A stretch of DNA of 64,000 nt from an uncultured Fibrobacterota bacterium (GTDB taxonomy: Bacteria > Fibrobacterota > Chitinivibrionia > Chitinivibrionales > FEN-1185). The translations under genes and the position numbers were made by a program. Of this stretch, positions 59,937 through 64,000 are shown one piece after another. Position 1 is the stretch's first letter. Every line of letters begins with the position of its first letter. The notes below the pieces were generated by a model. That model saw only the letters and a program-made list of their open reading frames with translations. It made no database searches and was not told the origin of the DNA. The stretch spans positions 64,001 to 128,000 of the forward strand of contig CAVSQB010000005.1 in assembly GCA_963729895.1 (NCBI GenBank), in the 5' to 3' direction.

Positions 59937-62900
59937 ATGAAGACGCTCGGCATCTGCTTTGGCGCCACGACCGTTCAATACGCTGTTGTGAAGGGTGATG
60001 CCGGATTCAAAGCAGTGGAACAATCGGGACGCGTGGTGCATGATGGCAACCCGGGGCGGGTGCTGCAGGACCTGCTTGGGGCTCTCGACTTGTTCGATAT
60101 CGACCGTGCAGCGGTCACGGGCCGTAGTTTCCGCGGGGCTGTCGAGCTCACAAGCATTTCCGAGCCCGAAGCAATCGAGAACGCTCTTTTCGAAGACTCA
60201 AAAGACAAGCAATTCCCCGACCTTGTGGTTTCCCTGGGCGGCGAAACCCAACTGGTGTATAAGATAGGAGAGAAAGGCGGCATTGTTTCGGTCCATTCCG
60301 GAAACAAGTGCGCTTCCGGGACCGGAGAGTTTTTTTTGCAGCAAATTCGCCGCATGGGGCTGACGCTCGAAGACGCCGTTACCCTTGCCGAAAGAGGAAC
60401 GCCGCACAGGATCGCAGGCCGCTGCAGCGTGTTCTGCAAGAGCGACTGCACGCATGCTCTTAACAAGGGCGAGCCAATCGAAAACATCGCGGCCGGTCTC
60501 TGCACCATGGTTGCCGACAAGATCACCGGCCTTATCAAGGACATGCCGTGCGAGAGGGTCATGCTCGTGGGCGGCGGCACCCTCAACAATGCAGTTGTGA
60601 AGATCCTGCGCACCCGGTTTGCGTCGCTTGACGTGCCTGATACCGCCTCGTTTTACGAGGCATACGGCGCGGCCCTGTGGGCTTTCGGGAACCGGTGCAG
60701 GAAGGTTCCCGGCGCCGGCCGCGACCTCGTGCGCGGAACAACCGTGTCGTTCGGGCATCACCAGCCGCTTGCGCTTTCTCAACACCTTGTCCAATTCAAG
60801 CAAGCCCCGCGCGGCGCGTTTGACAAAACGGCCGACTACGTCCTGGGTCTTGACGTGGGCTCAACAACCACAAAGGCCGTCCTGGTGCACAGGGAAACCA
60901 GGCGGATCGTTTCGTCGGTATACCTGCGGACAAACGGCAACCCGGTAGAGGCTTCGCGCGCGTGCTACTCGGCGATTCTTTCCGATCTCGGCGGCCACCC
61001 TCCCCGCATCGTCGGCCTCGGCGTAACAGGCTCCGGACGCCAGATTGCCGGTTTGCATGCGCTTACGTCGAACGTCATCAACGAAATCATAGCGCACGCG
61101 TCGGCCGCGGCCCATTTCGACAAGGATGTGGACACGATTTTCGAAATAGGCGGTCAGGACGCAAAGTATACCTTTCTTACCGCCGGAGTGCCTTCGGATT
61201 ATGCGATGAACGAGGCGTGCAGCGCCGGGACGGGATCGTTCCTCGAAGAATCCGCGCTTGAATCGCTCAACGTGAAGATGGAAGAAATCGGAGATCGTGC
61301 GCTTCTTGGAAGCGCGCCCCCGAATTTTACCGACCAGTGCGCCGCATTCATCTCAAGCGACATCAAGCTCGCCGGACAGCAGGGAATCGACAGAAACAAC
61401 ATTCTGGCGGGCCTGGTCTACTCCATTTGCCTCAACTATCTCAACCGCGTCAAAGGTTCGCGTCCGTCAGGAAAAAAAATATTCATGCAGGGCGGGGTCT
61501 GCTATAACAGGGCCGTGCCGGTTGCAATGGCGTCCTTGCTCAAGATGCCGATCGTCGTTCCACCCGAACCGGGTCTCATGGGCGCGCTCGGCGTTGCGCT
61601 CGAAGTGGACACCCGCCTGTCGCTCGGAATTTCTCCGGTCCAGCGTTTCAACCTTGCTGAACTTGCCGGCCGCGAAGCGGTAAAAGAAGGGACCTTCGCG
61701 TGCGCGGGCGGAAAGGAAAAATGCGACAGGAAATGCGAGATTTCCAGGATTCGCGTCAACGGGACAATCCACCCGTTCGGCGGGACATGCAACAGGTACT
61801 ACAACGTCAGGCTGAAACATGATGTTGACGCAGGGGAACTTGATCTCGTTGCGGTCCGGGAGAGGCTTCTGTTTGAAACCTACGGGGCTGCTTCCGCAAC
61901 CCCGGCGTCCGACGGTCGCCGCACCGTCGGACTGTGCCGTTCTTTTCTCACGCACTCCTTGTATCCTCTGTATTCGCATTTCTTCGCCGAAATGGGCTAT
62001 TCGGTGGTTTTGTCCGACGAGATCGATCCAAAGGGCATTTCGCGGATCGAATCTGCCTATTGCCTGCCCGGGGAAATCACGCACGGAAGTTTCCTCAACC
62101 TGCTTGCAAAAGACCTCGATTACATCTTTCTCCCGCATGTCATGCAGGTGCCGGTACATAATGTGCCCACGTACAGCAGGCTGTGCGTGTTTGTCCAGGG
62201 AGAACCGTATTACCTCAAAACGACGTTCCGCAAGGAGATTGACAATTCGCCGACCGTGGTGCTTTCGCCCGTCCTGGTGATGGACAGAGAGTACGAGCAA
62301 GCCGGGGCCCCGCTCCGCGCCATGGCGGCAAAGATGGGCATTACCGGGTCAGTTGCCGCAAGGGCCTTCGAAAAAGCCTGCCGCATGCAGCGCTCCTTCG
62401 AAAGGAAATTGCGCGGAGTGGGCCTTGAAGCGTTGTCGTGGCTGGATTCGCATCCGGAAACATTCGGCATTGTCCTGTTCGGCAGGCCCTATAATGCGTT
62501 CTCGCCGGACGCGAACATGGGGATTCCGCACAAGACCGCGTCGAGGGGCTATCTGGTCATCCCGCACGACATGCTGCCGTCCGATCATCATGAGGTGGAC
62601 GGGCAGATGTTCTGGGCCATGGGACAAAAGATCATGAAATCCGCGCGGCTCGTGAGGGACCACAACCGTCTTTTCGGGTTCTACGTTACAAACTTCTCGT
62701 GCGGTCCGGATTCCTTCCTGCTCACGTATTTTCGCAACCTCATGGCCGCGAAACCTTCGCTCACCCTGGAGCTCGACCAGCACACTGCCGACGCGGGAAT
62801 AGACACGCGCATCGAAGCGGCTCTTGACATAATGAGAACCTACCGCTGTGCTCCGAAAGCGGACGGACTGGCCCGGGGCGACGAATTCAGGCCGGCGCGC

Positions 62901-64000
62901 GTCGTGTTTGACGGGAAGGAGCCCGTAGTCCGCGCCTCAGACGGCCGGGTGCTGTCCATTTTCCATAAAGACGTGGAAGTGGTGGTGCCTTCCATGGGCC
63001 GTTTTGCCACCGAGGGCGTCGCCGCCGTGCTGCGCGGTATCGGCATCAATGCGCTGGCGCTCCCGGTTTCGGGCAAGGAGGTCCTTCTCGAAGGAAGAAA
63101 GAACACCTCGTGCAAGGAATGTCTTCCGTACATTGTCACCACCGGCTCGTTCCTTGAGCATCTCAAAACGCAACGTCCGGAAAACAGAATCACCCTGTTC
63201 TTAATGGCGTCGGGCGGCGGCCCGTGCAGGCTCGGACAGTATTGCACGGCAATGGACCAGTTGTTTTGCAACCTGCGCATTCCGAATGCCGCAACGCTCC
63301 CGATGACAAATGAAAACGGCTATGCGGGGTTGGGCAACCGTGCGTTGCTTTCGTCGTCGCAGGCCATCATGGTCGCGGACGTGTTCTGCGAAATCAGGAG
63401 CTTTCTGGCGGTCGCGGCCGTCAACAAGACGGCCGCCATTGATGCGCTTGAGGAATGCTGGCGCGACGTCATCGCGTATTTCGAAGGAAAACTCGGCATG
63501 CGGTTTTCCATTCTGCTGGGTTCATTGGGCCGCAGGTTGCGGCGCATTCCGGTGGCCGCGCATCCCAGGGAAGTGCCCGTTGTTTCTCTGCTGGGGGAAA
63601 TATTCGTGCGGCACGACGAGTTTTCCCGTAAGAATATCGCGGGGTATCTTGAAGACCGCGGCATCATGGTGAAAATCGCTCCGGTCACCGAGTATCTCGC
63701 ATACAGCAATTATGTCATCAACCGGGGACTGGGCGAAAAAGTGCTGTCGCTCAAAGATCAGATGAAAATGCGCATCATTGCAAGCGTGCAGGAATGGTGG
63801 GAGAGAAGAATCAAGACGGTTCTTTCGCGCAGCGGTTGCTACAAATTCGAGATGATCCGCGTTGAAAAGACGATCGCGTCGGCGACCCACCTCATGAGCG
63901 AGCACTTCCGCGGCGAATGCATTCTCACGGTGGGCCTGAGCCTGCGCGAGATCCTGAACGATTCGTGCGGCGTCGTCTCCATCGGGCCGTTCGGCTGCAT
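59937..64000 (+). CDS. Acyl-CoA dehydratase activase-type fusion protein (two BadF/BcrAD ATPase domains plus DUF2229-like regions), 3' partial
   Basis: Read manually because it is not in the ORF track. MKTLGICFG, NKCASGTGEF, RCSVF, GLDVGSTTTK, EIGGQDAK, NEACSAGTGSF, NFSCGPDS and GPFGC. Confidence 0.9.
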   Translation, partial: MKTLGICFGATTVQYAVVKGDAGFKAVEQSGRVVHDGNPGRVLQDLLGALDLFDIDRAAVTGRSFRGAVELTSISEPEAIENALFEDSKDKQFPDLVVSLGGETQLVYKIGEKGGIVSVHSGNKCASGTGEFFLQQIRRMGLTLEDAVTLAERGTPHRIAGRCSVFCKSDCTHALNKGEPIENIAAGLCTMVADKITGLIKDMPCERVMLVGGGTLNNAVVKILRTRFASLDVPDTASFYEAYGAALWAFGNRCRKVPGAGRDLVRGTTVSFGHHQPLALSQHLVQFKQAPRGAFDKTADYVLGLDVGSTTTKAVLVHRETRRIVSSVYLRTNGNPVEASRACYSAILSDLGGHPPRIVGLGVTGSGRQIAGLHALTSNVINEIIAHASAAAHFDKDVDTIFEIGGQDAKYTFLTAGVPSDYAMNEACSAGTGSFLEESALESLNVKMEEIGDRALLGSAPPNFTDQCAAFISSDIKLAGQQGIDRNNILAGLVYSICLNYLNRVKGSRPSGKKIFMQGGVCYNRAVPVAMASLLKMPIVVPPEPGLMGALGVALEVDTRLSLGISPVQRFNLAELAGREAVKEGTFACAGGKEKCDRKCEISRIRVNGTIHPFGGTCNRYYNVRLKHDVDAGELDLVAVRERLLFETYGAASATPASDGRRTVGLCRSFLTHSLYPLYSHFFAEMGYSVVLSDEIDPKGISRIESAYCLPGEITHGSFLNLLAKDLDYIFLPHVMQVPVHNVPTYSRLCVFVQGEPYYLKTTFRKEIDNSPTVVLSPVLVMDREYEQAGAPLRAMAAKMGITGSVAARAFEKACRMQRSFERKLRGVGLEALSWLDSHPETFGIVLFGRPYNAFSPDANMGIPHKTASRGYLVIPHDMLPSDHHEVDGQMFWAMGQKIMKSARLVRDHNRLFGFYVTNFSCGPDSFLLTYFRNLMAAKPSLTLELDQHTADAGIDTRIEAALDIMRTYRCAPKADGLARGDEFRPARVVFDGKEPVVRASDGRVLSIFHKDVEVVVPSMGRFATEGVAAVLRGIGINALALPVSGKEVLLEGRKNTSCKECLPYIVTTGSFLEHLKTQRPENRITLFLMASGGGPCRLGQYCTAMDQLFCNLRIPNAATLPMTNENGYAGLGNRALLSSSQAIMVADVFCEIRSFLAVAAVNKTAAIDALEECWRDVIAYFEGKLGMRFSILLGSLGRRLRRIPVAAHPREVPVVSLLGEIFVRHDEFSRKNIAGYLEDRGIMVKIAPVTEYLAYSNYVINRGLGEKVLSLKDQMKMRIIASVQEWWERRIKTVLSRSGCYKFEMIRVEKTIASATHLMSEHFRGECILTVGLSLREILNDSCGVVSIGPFGC

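Noticed and set aside
59975..63905. Many short ORFs listed in the track
   Set aside because: All overlap the single long + strand activase ORF, which is open to the window end.

Overview
GC-rich bacterial chromosome segment, tentatively FCB group / Fibrobacterota-like (inference from gene content, not verified). Two housekeeping blocks flank a ~15 kb accessory island. The left block holds PIN-PhoH, an M16 peptidase pair, a divergent aroC, lepB, purH, topA, an IS1595 and trmFO. The right block holds tolQRAB-cpoB, TPR proteins, rsmA, amrS, nth, a MinD-like ATPase, wbqC, tsaB, ddl, glyQS, purC and a large CoA-activase fusion that runs off the end. The island (20488-35753) is bounded by ~330 bp direct repeats. 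It carries a PLD-like gene, a DUF6261-like gene with a perfect sigma-54 motif and a phased 41-42 bp palindrome array, nested IS3 elements, hydrolases, a large-partner/PIN pair, a patatin, a GH19 pseudogene and a GH13 amylase. Four synonymously diverged copies of a type I restriction hsdR 3' tail punctuate the cargo. The two best leads are the hsdR-tail-delimited cassette array and the DUF6261/sigma-54/phased-palindrome module. Intergenic spaces are rich in REP-like palindromes. No rRNA, tRNA or true CRISPR array was seen.
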